This document shows positions 38,632 to 47,584 of a stretch of DNA of 64,000 nucleotides, piece by piece. The position numbers and the translations under genes were made by a program. The DNA lies in NCBI GenBank assembly GCA_965222375.1, contig CBDCTZ010000014.1, forward strand, positions 288,001-352,000, written 5' to 3'. Below the pieces are notes generated by a model. That model saw nothing but the letters and a program-made list of their open reading frames with translations, searched no databases and was not told the DNA's origin. Source of the stretch: Polyangiaceae bacterium. GTDB taxonomy: Bacteria; Myxococcota_A; Polyangia; Polyangiales; Polyangiaceae. How positions within the stretch are numbered: position 1 is the stretch's first letter; every line of letters begins with the position of its first letter.

Positions 38632-39600
38632 TCAAAGAGTTTGGGGATGCACGGGCGCGCCGGTGATTGGCGTGGTCCGATCGAAATCCTCAGACTTGCA
38701 CAACTCGACGCGGTTGCGGCCCCGGTGTTTGGCTCGATACAGAGCGCGATCTGCCGAAGCCAAGAGTTGCACTGCATCCGCCGAACGTACCTGGGATGTG
38801 GAGGACACGCCGAAGCTAGCGGTCACCTCCAATCGCGAGTGGGGAAGCTCGATCTGAAGGGCCGCGAGCGCTTCGCGAGCGCGCTCGGCGACCCGACGCG
38901 CGCCGCGCCACTCGCACTCCGGCAACACGATGAGAAACTCTTCTCCCCCGTAGCGCGCGACGAAATCGTAGCTGCGAACGCCCGCTTTCAGGCTCTTCGC
39001 AACCTCTCGGAGTACGATGTCACCGCAGGCATGCCCGTAGGTGTCGTTGATGCGCTTGAAGTGGTCGATATCCAACAGAACCACGCCGACGGGGTGCCCG
39101 GTGCGACTCCCGCGGGCGACCTCCTGGTCCAGAGAACGGCAGACCGCCGCGCGATTCACAAGCCCCGTCAAAGCGTCGTGCATCGCCTCGATTCGGAGCG
39201 CGTCTCGTGCGCGCAGAAGTTCGTCCTGCATGCTGAGCATCCGACACGCAGCGCGCAGGCGCAGTTCCAACACCACCGCGTTGATTGGCTTGACTACGTA
39301 GTCGTCGGCGCCGGCGTCGAGGCCGTGAACGACGTCCTCGTTCTCGTCACGTGAGGTGACCAGCACGACGTAGGGGTACTGCTCGCGCTCCTGCGCGCGG
39401 ATGAAGCGGCAAACATCCACTCCCGAGGCCCCAGGCATCTCCCAGTCCAGAAGTGCGATTCGAATCCGTTCATCCGCCGCGAGGGCCTCCATGGCGGCGT
39501 CCCCATCCTCTACCACCACGACTTCGTAGCCCGTTGCGCAGAGGCGGCCAGAAAGGAGAGTTCTGGCGATAGGGTCGTCGTCCGCAATCAGCACCTTCAC
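38632..39600 (-). CDS. Response-regulator diguanylate cyclase (REC-GGDEF)
   Basis: VLIADDD, LDWEMP, DALTGL.NR, DIDHFKRINDTYGH, RSYD I-site, RYGGEEF; GTG start overlaps the HPt gene stop. Confidence 0.92.
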   Translation of the reverse strand: MKVLIADDDPIARTLLSGRLCATGYEVVVVEDGDAAMEALAADERIRIALLDWEMPGASGVDVCRFIRAQEREQYPYVVLVTSRDENEDVVHGLDAGADDYVVKPINAVVLELRLRAACRMLSMQDELLRARDALRIEAMHDALTGLVNRAAVCRSLDQEVARGSRTGHPVGVVLLDIDHFKRINDTYGHACGDIVLREVAKSLKAGVRSYDFVARYGGEEFLIVLPECEWRGARRVAERAREALAALQIELPHSRLEVTASFGVSSTSQVRSADAVQLLASADRALYRAKHRGRNRVELCKSEDFDRTTPITGAPVHPQTL

Positions 39601-39968
39601 GAGGCACCGTCCAACTCGGCCAAGATATCCTGATCCAGGCGCTGTAGCTGCAGCTCGAGCTCGTCCAACTCGGGGTCGCCGGGACGCAGAGCACCCTTGC
39701 GCGCAGCGTGCTCCACTCGGGCGCTGGCCGTGGCAGCGTCTGCCGCGGAGAGCTGACGGGCTGAACCCTTCAAGGTGTGTGCGTGTCGGATCGAAATGGC
39801 CTGATCGCCGGCAATGAGGGCCTCGTGGATCCCGGCCAATCGCCGAGGCCACTCGTTGAGAAAGGTCCGCAGGATCAGCCTCATCAGCTGCTGGTCCCCC
39901 GCGAGTTGTTTCAGCAAGTCCCCTGCGTCGAAGGCAGCGCTCTGTATTTCTCGGGCGGTACACACCAT
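39597..39968 (-). CDS. Stand-alone HPt protein
   Basis: AHTLKGSA in a helical ~120-aa protein. Confidence 0.85.
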   Translation of the reverse strand: MVCTAREIQSAAFDAGDLLKQLAGDQQLMRLILRTFLNEWPRRLAGIHEALIAGDQAISIRHAHTLKGSARQLSAADAATASARVEHAARKGALRPGDPELDELELQLQRLDQDILAELDGAS

Positions 39969-40051
39969 CGCGATCGAGAAGAACGGATGGGCGCGCGCAA
40001 ACCTGAGGCGCGACTGACGCGCCCAGCAACAAATCCTGCGATATCAGGCGC

Positions 40052-40342
40052 TTACGAGTCTGCGATGTCGAGCCACACCAGGGTCGCGCCGAACCCGCCT
40101 CGGTTTTCCGGAGCGTTTTTGTATTCCAAGACGCAGTCCAGGCGATCCAAGACCTCGCGAACCCGCGCGCGTTGGAATCCTTTTCCCTTGCCATGGATCA
40201 GGCGAACCTCCGAAAAGCCGCGCTCTTGGGCGGCTTCGAGGTAGCTCACCACCACGTTGGGAATGTCTCGGGGAGCAAAGCCGTGTAGGTCGATGCTGTC
40301 CTCGATCTCGACGATGACAGGCGGCTCCTCCTCCTCAGCCAC
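40052..40342 (-). CDS. Stand-alone Smr-domain protein
   Basis: IDLHG, IHGKGKG, GGFGAT. Confidence 0.9.
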   Translation of the reverse strand: MAEEEEPPVIVEIEDSIDLHGFAPRDIPNVVVSYLEAAQERGFSEVRLIHGKGKGFQRARVREVLDRLDCVLEYKNAPENRGGFGATLVWLDIADS

Positions 40343-40344
40343 GC

Positions 40345-41232
40345 TCAGCCCCGCGAAGCGGCCTTCTTCTTCTTGGTTCGCTTTGCGGCGTCCGCGGACT
40401 TGGCCTTCGCCTTCTTCACGGGCTTCAGGGGTGTTCCGTCGCCATGCGCCGTGCGCTCTTGGGCGTCGCTAAGGCTCTTCTTCAGTGCTTCGAACAGGTC
40501 GATGATCTTGGCCTTGGGTGCCTCGGGCGCCACGGTGATTTCTTGTCCCGCGACTTTCTCCTCCACGGCGGCATGCACTCGTTCTTCGTAGCTGTCGCGG
40601 TAGCGTGTAGCGTCAAACTCGTCGCTACTGAGTTGCTCGATGAGCTTCAGTGCCAGATCCCGCTCCACGTCCGAGAACTCGAAGACGGCGCCAGTGTCGA
40701 TCTCCTCGAAGCTGCGAACTTCGTTGCTGTAGTAGAGCTGATGTAGCATCAAGCCGTCGTCTCCATGAGGGCGAATCAAGACGAGCTGTTCCTTGCCACG
40801 GGCCGCCCAGCGCCCGACCGCGACGACGCCTTGGGCCACCATGCATTGACTGAGCAAGCGGTAGGGCTTGTCGCCGCCCTTGTCCGGGCCCAGGTAGTAC
40901 GACTTTTCAACCTGGACGAAGTCCACACTCGACAGGGGCACGAATTCGGTGATTTCCAGGTTGTTGGAGCGCGCAGCCTCCAACGCCTTCATTTCCGAAT
41001 CCGCGAAGCGGACGTATTGTCCCTTTGAGTACTCGTAGCCCTTGACGGTGTCCTTGCGTTCGACGACCTCGTCGTCGACCGGGCAGTAGTACTGCATCTT
41101 GAGCCGCCCACCGCACTTCCCGTGCAGCATGTTGAAACGGACCTGCTCGCTGGAAGCAGCCGTGTAGAGCTTGATGGGAATGGCCACCAAGCCGAAGGAA
41201 ATCGTGCCGGAAGCAATGGCGCGGGCGCCCAT
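40345..41232 (-). CDS. ku: NHEJ DNA end-binding protein Ku
   Basis: GTISFGLVAIPIKLY, VKGYEY, YYLGPD, YRDSY, IIDLFEALKKSL, basic tail. Confidence 0.96.
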   Translation of the reverse strand: MGARAIASGTISFGLVAIPIKLYTAASSEQVRFNMLHGKCGGRLKMQYYCPVDDEVVERKDTVKGYEYSKGQYVRFADSEMKALEAARSNNLEITEFVPLSSVDFVQVEKSYYLGPDKGGDKPYRLLSQCMVAQGVVAVGRWAARGKEQLVLIRPHGDDGLMLHQLYYSNEVRSFEEIDTGAVFEFSDVERDLALKLIEQLSSDEFDATRYRDSYEERVHAAVEEKVAGQEITVAPEAPKAKIIDLFEALKKSLSDAQERTAHGDGTPLKPVKKAKAKSADAAKRTKKKKAASRG

Positions 41233-41254
41233 GATCGTATGCTAACGGGGCAAC

Positions 41255-43885
41255 GTGCCCATACGGAAGGAAACGGCAAAAAAGCGTCGCGGCGCTCGGG
41301 TCGGCGATGGATCTTCGAGAACGTCCGTGCAGGGGCAGTCGAAGGCGAGGTCCCGCAGCTACCGTGACAAACGTGATCCGCTGAAGACCAACGAACCCTT
41401 CGATGCTGAACACGGGCGCAGACCTGGTGCGACGCGAGCCGGGCGCTTTGTGGTGCATGAGCACGGCGCGAGCCGGCGGCATCACGACCTGCGCATCGAG
41501 GTAGGCGGAGTGCTGATGAGCTTCGCGGTTCCGAAGGGGCCGTGCCTGGACCCTGCGGAAAAGCGCTTGGCGGTCAACACCGAGGACCATCCGAAGTCCT
41601 ACCTGGAGTTCGAAGACGTCGTTCCCGAAGGCAACTACGGCGCCGGCGCGATGATCGTGTGGGACCAGGGTCGCGTGAACTATCTAGAGGGCAGTGCAGA
41701 AGACGGAATTGAGCGCGGCAAGATCGACTTCACTCTGTCCGGCTTCAAGCTGAACGGTCGCTTTGGCCTGATTCACACGGGTAGACGCCAGACGAAGAGC
41801 GAAGAAAACCATTGGCTGCTGGTGAAAAAGGAAGACGCGCATTCCAGCGCTGACACGGAGTTCGATCCACGCAGTGTGCTCTCCGGGCTGACTGTGGAAG
41901 AGCTGGCGAAGCGCGACGAGGCCCGAGCGAACGTTTTGCGAAGTGTGGAAGCGACCGGTGCGCCCCAGCGCTTGGTACGAATCGCAGGCCTGGAACCCAT
42001 GTTGTGCGCCACGGAGGGTGCGCGACTGGACGATCCTGAGCGCTACTACGAACTCAAGTTGGATGGCGTTCGCATCGTCGCCGAACGCCATGACCAGTCC
42101 GTGTCACTGCGCTATCGTCACGGTCGCGCTGCGACAGCCAGCTACCCAGAAATCGCTCGAGCGCTGTCGTTTCTACCCGCGGAAGACTTCGTTCTTGATG
42201 GCGAGATAGTCGCTTTCGACGAGGCGGGTCGACCGAGCTTTGGAAGAATTGCACCGCGGATCCATGCGCGGCGCGCTGCAGACGTGGCGCGCGTGAAGAC
42301 CGAAGTGCCCGTCGTGTACTTGGTATTCGACCTGCTTGCGTTGGGGGGACGCGACCTCACCGGGCTCCCCCTGTCGGAACGCAAAGCGCTGCTCGCCACC
42401 CTGGTGCGGGGCAAGGGCTTCATTCGGATGCTCGACCACATCCAAGGGCACGGGGACGCCTTGTACCAGCTGTGCCAGGAACAGGGGCTGGAGGGTATTG
42501 TGGCGAAGAAGGTCGCGGCGCCCTACCGCTTCGGCCCGCAACGCACGGAAGACTGGGTCAAACTCAAATGCGAGCCGGACGATGAGTTCGTCATTGTGGG
42601 ATGGGACAACGGACGCGCAGGAAGGGCCGCTCTTGGCTCGCTGGTCTTGGCCAGCTACGACGGCGACGACTTGGTAGTGCGTGGCAAGGTCGGCAGCGGA
42701 CTTTCCCGAGAGCTGATTGAACAACTCAGCGGACGTTTCGCTTCTCTGGCCCAGAGTGCTCCCACCGCCCAAGGGCACGACCTGCTCGGAGCAGGGCAGT
42801 CGAAAGTGCACCACGTTCGTCCGGAGATCGTCGTCAGCGTGCGCTTCGCGGAATGGACATCTCGTGGCTCTTTGCGTCACCCGGTGCTTCGCGGGCTGCG
42901 GGAAGATGTGGTGCCCCGCGCGTGCCGTGCAGCGCCGCCGCAAGGGGACGACCCGGTGATCGTGGAGCCGGCGACGACGGAGGTGTCCGGCCGAGTCTTC
43001 GTGACCAACCGCGACAAGGTCTTCTTTCCTGAAGATGGCATTACCAAAGGCGAACTCGTGGACTACTACGCGGGGGTATCTCCGGTGATGCTGCCGTTCT
43101 TGAAGGATCGCCCTGTCGTCCTGGTGCGCTACCCGGATGGCATCTACGGAAAGAACTTCTATCAATGGCGCACCCCGGAAGGCACACCGGATTGGATCTG
43201 CACCCTCGAACTGCGGGACGAAGAGGATGTGGATCATCGCGGCGAGAAGTCAGTGTTCCTCGTGGACAACGTGGATGCGCTGGTGCACATCGCGAACCTC
43301 GGAGCCATTCCCATCCACATCTTGGCCAGCCGCAAGCAGGATCTCGGTTGCGGGGACTTCTTCACCATTGATTTCGATGTGAATCTGGCGATGCTGCGTG
43401 ACGCCGTGACGTTGGCCCTGACCTTGCGCGACTTGCTGGAGGATGTCGGACTCGTCGGCTATCCCAAAACCAGCGGCAAAACCGGGCTGCACGTGCTCGT
43501 TCCGGTTGGCCCTGCGGTCCCCTTCGATGTCACCCGAGCCTTGGCGGACCTTTTTGGCGGCTTGCTGGTGGCGGCACATCCGAAGATCGCGACCATGGAG
43601 CGGCGCGTTTCGGATCGGGGCGAGCGGGTGTACGTGGACACGGGCCAAACCGGGCGCAGTCGCACCATTGTGGCTCCCTATTCGGTCAGAGAAATTCAAG
43701 GGGCACGAGTGAGCACGCCATTGGATTGGGCAGAGGTGTCCGCTGCACTAGATCCCGCGTCTTACAACCTGCATACGGTCCCGTTGCGGATGACCGAGCG
43801 GGCAGATCCCATGGCCGACTTCTTTGCGCAGCGTCCGGATGTCGTCGCTGTGCTCGAAGCCCTGGAAGCGAAAGTGCGGGAGTAA
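41255..43885 (+). CDS. ligD: NHEJ DNA ligase D (phosphoesterase-ligase-polymerase)
   Basis: PE domain HHDLRIE..FAVPKGP; ligase YELKLDG, LEGIVAK, WVKLK; polymerase RYPDG, IDFD, KTSGKTGLH, APYS. Start may be later (GTG 41327). Confidence 0.95.
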   Translation: MPIRKETAKKRRGARVGDGSSRTSVQGQSKARSRSYRDKRDPLKTNEPFDAEHGRRPGATRAGRFVVHEHGASRRHHDLRIEVGGVLMSFAVPKGPCLDPAEKRLAVNTEDHPKSYLEFEDVVPEGNYGAGAMIVWDQGRVNYLEGSAEDGIERGKIDFTLSGFKLNGRFGLIHTGRRQTKSEENHWLLVKKEDAHSSADTEFDPRSVLSGLTVEELAKRDEARANVLRSVEATGAPQRLVRIAGLEPMLCATEGARLDDPERYYELKLDGVRIVAERHDQSVSLRYRHGRAATASYPEIARALSFLPAEDFVLDGEIVAFDEAGRPSFGRIAPRIHARRAADVARVKTEVPVVYLVFDLLALGGRDLTGLPLSERKALLATLVRGKGFIRMLDHIQGHGDALYQLCQEQGLEGIVAKKVAAPYRFGPQRTEDWVKLKCEPDDEFVIVGWDNGRAGRAALGSLVLASYDGDDLVVRGKVGSGLSRELIEQLSGRFASLAQSAPTAQGHDLLGAGQSKVHHVRPEIVVSVRFAEWTSRGSLRHPVLRGLREDVVPRACRAAPPQGDDPVIVEPATTEVSGRVFVTNRDKVFFPEDGITKGELVDYYAGVSPVMLPFLKDRPVVLVRYPDGIYGKNFYQWRTPEGTPDWICTLELRDEEDVDHRGEKSVFLVDNVDALVHIANLGAIPIHILASRKQDLGCGDFFTIDFDVNLAMLRDAVTLALTLRDLLEDVGLVGYPKTSGKTGLHVLVPVGPAVPFDVTRALADLFGGLLVAAHPKIATMERRVSDRGERVYVDTGQTGRSRTIVAPYSVREIQGARVSTPLDWAEVSAALDPASYNLHTVPLRMTERADPMADFFAQRPDVVAVLEALEAKVRE

Positions 43886-43913
43886 GTACCCGCAAGTGCG
43901 CCTCAGCGGCGAC

Positions 43914-44840
43914 TCAGAACGGATTCTTGCAGCTGGTCATCTTCGCGTCGCATTGGCTAGGACCGAATTTGTAGCCCTCCAAGGGTTGGCCCGGCATCGC
44001 CGTGAGGGATGCACTCAGAATCGAGCCTTTGATGTAGCCGCTAGATGGGGGCCCGAACTTTTCGAACGTGAGCGGCGTGCCGTTGCCGCACGCTGCGGGT
44101 AAGTACACAAAAACGGTTTCGGGTTTGGCAGCCAAACCGTAGGTCCCCTTGCCCGTGCAAGGCCACAGGGGAGCGTTCACTGGCAGTTTGGCGCCGTCCA
44201 CGACGTCTACGCTCTGGTCGGCGTTGAAGCGGATCCAAGAATAGTGATTGAGACCGCCGGACCAGCCTATGAGCCAGATCCCCTCCAGCGCGCCGGGTTG
44301 GTATACCGACTTCGGGCCGCAACCCAGATACTTGCCACCGCTACAGGTGCACGAACACGAAGGCTCACAGGGTTCCACGCCGCAGGGGCAGAAACATTTC
44401 TCCGAGAAAACCTGGCAGTCGGCGTTCGCACCCTTGCAGCCGCAATAGTCGAGGCCGATGCAGTTCGCAGCCGTGCCACCCGTGCCGCCACCCGAACCAG
44501 CGATGCCGCCGCTTGCCCCTGAGCCAGCGCTGCCGCCGGTCGCACCCGAGCCGGCGCTGCCGCCGGTCGCACCCGAGCCGGCGCTTCCGCCGCCGCCGCC
44601 AAAGCCAGCACTGCCGCCCCCGGCGCCAAAGCCAGCACTGCCGCCGGCCGCACCCGAACCGGCCGTGCCTCCAGAGGCCCCACCGCTGCCGGCCGACCCA
44701 CTACTGCCCGAAACGTTGCCCGTTCCGCCTGTGCCCGCGCCTGCATCCGTACCGCCCGCGCCGCCATCCCCATCTGTGGACCCGCCGCATGCCGCAAGAG
44801 TGAGCCCCAGTGCCATCGCCCAAAAAAGTCTGTTCGTCAT
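43914..44840 (-). CDS. Lipoprotein with Gly-rich linker and Cys-rich domain
   Basis: Lipobox LAAC; GGSAGSGAT repeats. Confidence 0.8.
   Translation of the reverse strand: MTNRLFWAMALGLTLAACGGSTDGDGGAGGTDAGAGTGGTGNVSGSSGSAGSGGASGGTAGSGAAGGSAGFGAGGGSAGFGGGGGSAGSGATGGSAGSGATGGSAGSGASGGIAGSGGGTGGTAANCIGLDYCGCKGANADCQVFSEKCFCPCGVEPCEPSCSCTCSGGKYLGCGPKSVYQPGALEGIWLIGWSGGLNHYSWIRFNADQSVDVVDGAKLPVNAPLWPCTGKGTYGLAAKPETVFVYLPAACGNGTPLTFEKFGPPSSGYIKGSILSASLTAMPGQPLEGYKFGPSQCDAKMTSCKNPF
44505..44690. repeat. ~7 x 27-bp coding repeat (GGSAGSGAT)
   Basis: gccgccggtcgcacccgagccggcgct and variants in tandem. Confidence 0.8.
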
Positions 44841-44928
44841 CGTGTGTCCTCGCGCCCTCGCGCCTTTCGCGCCCGCCAGGCCTAGCGCAAGTTTCGGCTT
44901 GGGGCGAGGCGACCTCGTTCAAAGCGCG

Positions 44929-45279
44929 TCGGGCGAAGGTCGAGGCGTTCCAACCCCACAAATGGGGCTCGGAGTCGTTGAATGCGATGTATGTGCGCTT
45001 GGGAGATACTCCCGTCGCATCGGTCAACGCTTGGCATATTTCCGCGCTGATGGCTTTGGTCTGAGCGTCGGTCATGGTGCCGATGCTCTTGACCTCTACG
45101 AAACAGGTGGGCTCATCAGTCCCTCCGAAGGTCATCACGGCCTCAGGAACCCAACAGGTCATCATGTAGCTCTCGGGCTTTCCGAGAAGTGCAGCGAGCT
45201 TTTTGCTGAGTTCACTGAGAACGCTGCGCTGAACTTCCCCAGTTGGCGGGTGACTGGCAGTGACCTTGAGCAGTGGCAT
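44929..45279 (-). CDS. MIF/phenylpyruvate tautomerase family protein; expected stop reads CGA so the ORF runs on to 44701
   Basis: N-terminal Pro (MPLL), GKPESYMM, MTFGG, VKSIG, YIAF.D, WGWNASTFA. Confidence 0.85.
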
Positions 45280-45358
45280 GAGTGCAGTCTCGCGCGGCGT
45301 GCTTGATTCGTAAAACGGTTTTTGGTGGGAGCGCGCATCTCTGGCGCAGGCGGGGGCA

Positions 45359-45682
45359 CTACTCTCGCGCGTTGGCCGCTGGCTCGAACCACTCGAGCCA
45401 GCCTCCTGCCACCATCAGGAGGCGACTTGCGTCGAGTTCGTAGATTCGTTGTCGTCCGTCCTTGTGAACCCTGACCAAGCCGGCGTCTTCGAGGGTGCGA
45501 AGGTGCCGCGTCGTGGTGGGCCAGGAGCAGGAGAAGCGAGCCGCGATATCGCCAGCGGTCATCTGCCCACCGCGGAACTTCAAAGTCAGCAGGATGTGCC
45601 GACGCTGTTCGTGAGCAAGGGCCGCAAATACGGCTTCCAGATCGTCGAGCTTGCGCTCGGCCAGGCTAGGAGGCTCAGTCGT
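45359..45682 (-). CDS. ArsR/SmtB family transcriptional regulator
   Basis: VFAALAHEQRRHIL..TAGDIA..TTTRHLRTLEDAGLV..DGRQRIY; homology extends upstream of TTG 45583 to an ACG codon at 45680-82. Confidence 0.85.
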   Translation of the reverse strand, partial: TTEPPSLAERKLDDLEAVFAALAHEQRRHILLTLKFRGGQMTAGDIAARFSCSWPTTTRHLRTLEDAGLVRVHKDGRQRIYELDASRLLMVAGGWLEWFEPAANARE

Positions 45683-45995
45683 GGATCTGCTCCACGCTTG
45701 GAAATTCCATTTCAGTGCAGCAGTTGCCCATGGGCTCCCACACCGCAGCGACCTCTGGCAGGGAGTGGGCGCGGTTCATCGCTGCTGCGTCCTTCCACGG
45801 GAACGTCTCCACGTAGAAGATCCGGCCGTCCTTGGTCTCACCTCGGAAAATGAGATGAGGAGGATCTTGCAGTACGAGACCGAGGCGCTCGAAAGTCGGC
45901 CAGTGCTTCGCCAGTAGCTCTCGGAATTCGGCTTCCTTCTCTGGCCGAACCCAATAGCGACACAGAGTGATGCTGGATCCAGTTGAATTGCTCAT
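45675..45995 (-). CDS. Small dimeric alpha-beta barrel-like protein
   Basis: YWVRPEKEAEF...YVETFPWKD..A...AH (ABM-like pattern); overlaps the arsR start. Confidence 0.7.
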   Translation of the reverse strand: MSNSTGSSITLCRYWVRPEKEAEFRELLAKHWPTFERLGLVLQDPPHLIFRGETKDGRIFYVETFPWKDAAAMNRAHSLPEVAAVWEPMGNCCTEMEFPSVEQIHD

Positions 45996-46000
45996 TTGAG

Positions 46001-46024
46001 TTACTTAGCAGAAATGCTAAGTAA
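46001..46024. promoter_or_regulatory. Perfect 10-4-10 inverted repeat, probable ArsR operator
   Basis: TTACTTAGCA-gaaa-TGCTAAGTAA, 5 nt upstream of ATG 45995. Confidence 0.8.
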
Positions 46025-46139
46025 TGGCCAAGGCGAGATTAGGGCACTTCCATGCCCCAGAACCACGACCCCCAATCCCAACCCATCCCCCGAGACCCGA
46101 CGCCGCTCTCAGTTCGGCCGCAAGCGCGTGGTGGCGAGT

Positions 46140-46682
46140 CTATTCTTTGGCCCAGGCGCTTCCGTTCCAGACGTAGTTTTCCGAATAGTTTTCGTCGTCC
46201 GCGGGCGCGACCTTGCGTGAGATGCTCGAACCATCGAAGGTCCACTTTTCGTCCCACTTGTCGTTCCGATTCAAATCGACCTTGGCACGGTTCATCGTGG
46301 AGTTGCCGCTGTCTTGGTAGACGTTGACCTTGTACGGGCGCCCCTTCGTCACGTCCTTGAGCTTCTTGCTCCCGAGATCTTTGCCCGCCCAGCGCATGAC
46401 GGCCTTGTCCACGTCGCGTTCGCTTGGCCCACTGATCGCTGAGGGTTGGTCGGGATTGACTGGCGTTGCGCCAGGGCTCGGGGCCTGTGGAGTAAGTGCA
46501 GGGTTGACTGCCGGCTGCGCGACGGGGTCCGGCTGCGCCGTCGGTTTCAGGGACTCTGCCTCGGTACTCGCTAAAAACAGCCCGCCGACGACTCCTGTTG
46601 CGAGTAGTCCACCAACGACGAGGACCGCCGCCAGGCCGGCCAAAAGCAAAAAGTGTTTGCGCTTCATACGACCGGCTAGCAT
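46140..46682 (-). CDS. Membrane-anchored hypothetical protein (last gene of radical SAM operon)
   Basis: N-terminal hydrophobic helix, Pro linker, DLNRNDKWDEKW loop. Confidence 0.75.
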   Translation of the reverse strand: MLAGRMKRKHFLLLAGLAAVLVVGGLLATGVVGGLFLASTEAESLKPTAQPDPVAQPAVNPALTPQAPSPGATPVNPDQPSAISGPSERDVDKAVMRWAGKDLGSKKLKDVTKGRPYKVNVYQDSGNSTMNRAKVDLNRNDKWDEKWTFDGSSISRKVAPADDENYSENYVWNGSAWAKE

Positions 46683-47584
46683 GACGATGCGTCTCCTCGA
46701 TCCTTGGCGGCAGAGGGACGAGCTGTCGATCTGCTCGCCGCGGTGTGGTTCTTGGTGTCGACCATGCCGCGCTGCTGCGGCACGGTGCAGTTGCAGTAAC
46801 GATAGCTGCAGGGGTCTGGCCCCTGGAGTAGCTGGAAGCTACCGTCCAACAGATTGCCCAGGCGCTGTTTTCGGTAGCGCCGGGCCGGGTAGCAGCGAAA
46901 CGCGTTGCCCTTGTGATCCACGATGAAGTAGCGCGCACCTGCCCAGCAAGAGCGGCCCTTGAAGCACGGGTCGATTTGCCCAGTTCCGTTGTGCCCCCCC
47001 AGCTGAATCAGTTGCTCCCGCTCCTCATGATTGTAGTCGATGACGTCCCGGTCTTGCTTTTCGGGCTGCACCTTGAAGGCAATGTCTTCAGCCGCGAACA
47101 TCGCCGACAGCTGCGTCAGGCGCGGGAGATTCTTCCGAGTCGCCACACAGGTAATGCAGATGCTCCCCGCGTGTTCGCTTCGCACCAGCTGGACGCGCTG
47201 TAGGAACGAGCTGGGCTCGACGTACTCCAAGTGCAGAGACGCCGAGATGATGCCAGGACGGCTCCTTGTGAGCCGAGCGAATTCGATCAACTCCTCGATC
47301 TGGGAAGCGAAGTTGGTCACGACGCTTACACGACGGCCGGCGCCGTTGAGAGCCGCCACGGCGCTGAGGAAGCCCGGATGTCGGAAGGGTTCGCCGCCCG
47401 AGAGCTTGACTTCCCAATCCCCTGGCAGCGCGTTGAAGGCGTCGATGAACTGCGGCAGGTCCCGCGCCCAGGCCGCGCGGTCTTCCATGAATCGTTGAGT
47501 ACAGTAGCTGCAGCGGTAGTTGCAGCTCGTGTTCATGTTCCAGGACACGACTCCCTCGATGGGGTAGGGCGTCGCGACTGTCAC
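46676..47584 (-). CDS. Radical SAM enzyme with C-terminal Cys-rich auxiliary domain
   Basis: CNYRCSYC, SGGEPF, VTNF; CWAG...RC...CSYRYCNC. Confidence 0.9.
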   Translation of the reverse strand: MTVATPYPIEGVVSWNMNTSCNYRCSYCTQRFMEDRAAWARDLPQFIDAFNALPGDWEVKLSGGEPFRHPGFLSAVAALNGAGRRVSVVTNFASQIEELIEFARLTRSRPGIISASLHLEYVEPSSFLQRVQLVRSEHAGSICITCVATRKNLPRLTQLSAMFAAEDIAFKVQPEKQDRDVIDYNHEEREQLIQLGGHNGTGQIDPCFKGRSCWAGARYFIVDHKGNAFRCYPARRYRKQRLGNLLDGSFQLLQGPDPCSYRYCNCTVPQQRGMVDTKNHTAASRSTARPSAAKDRGDASSC

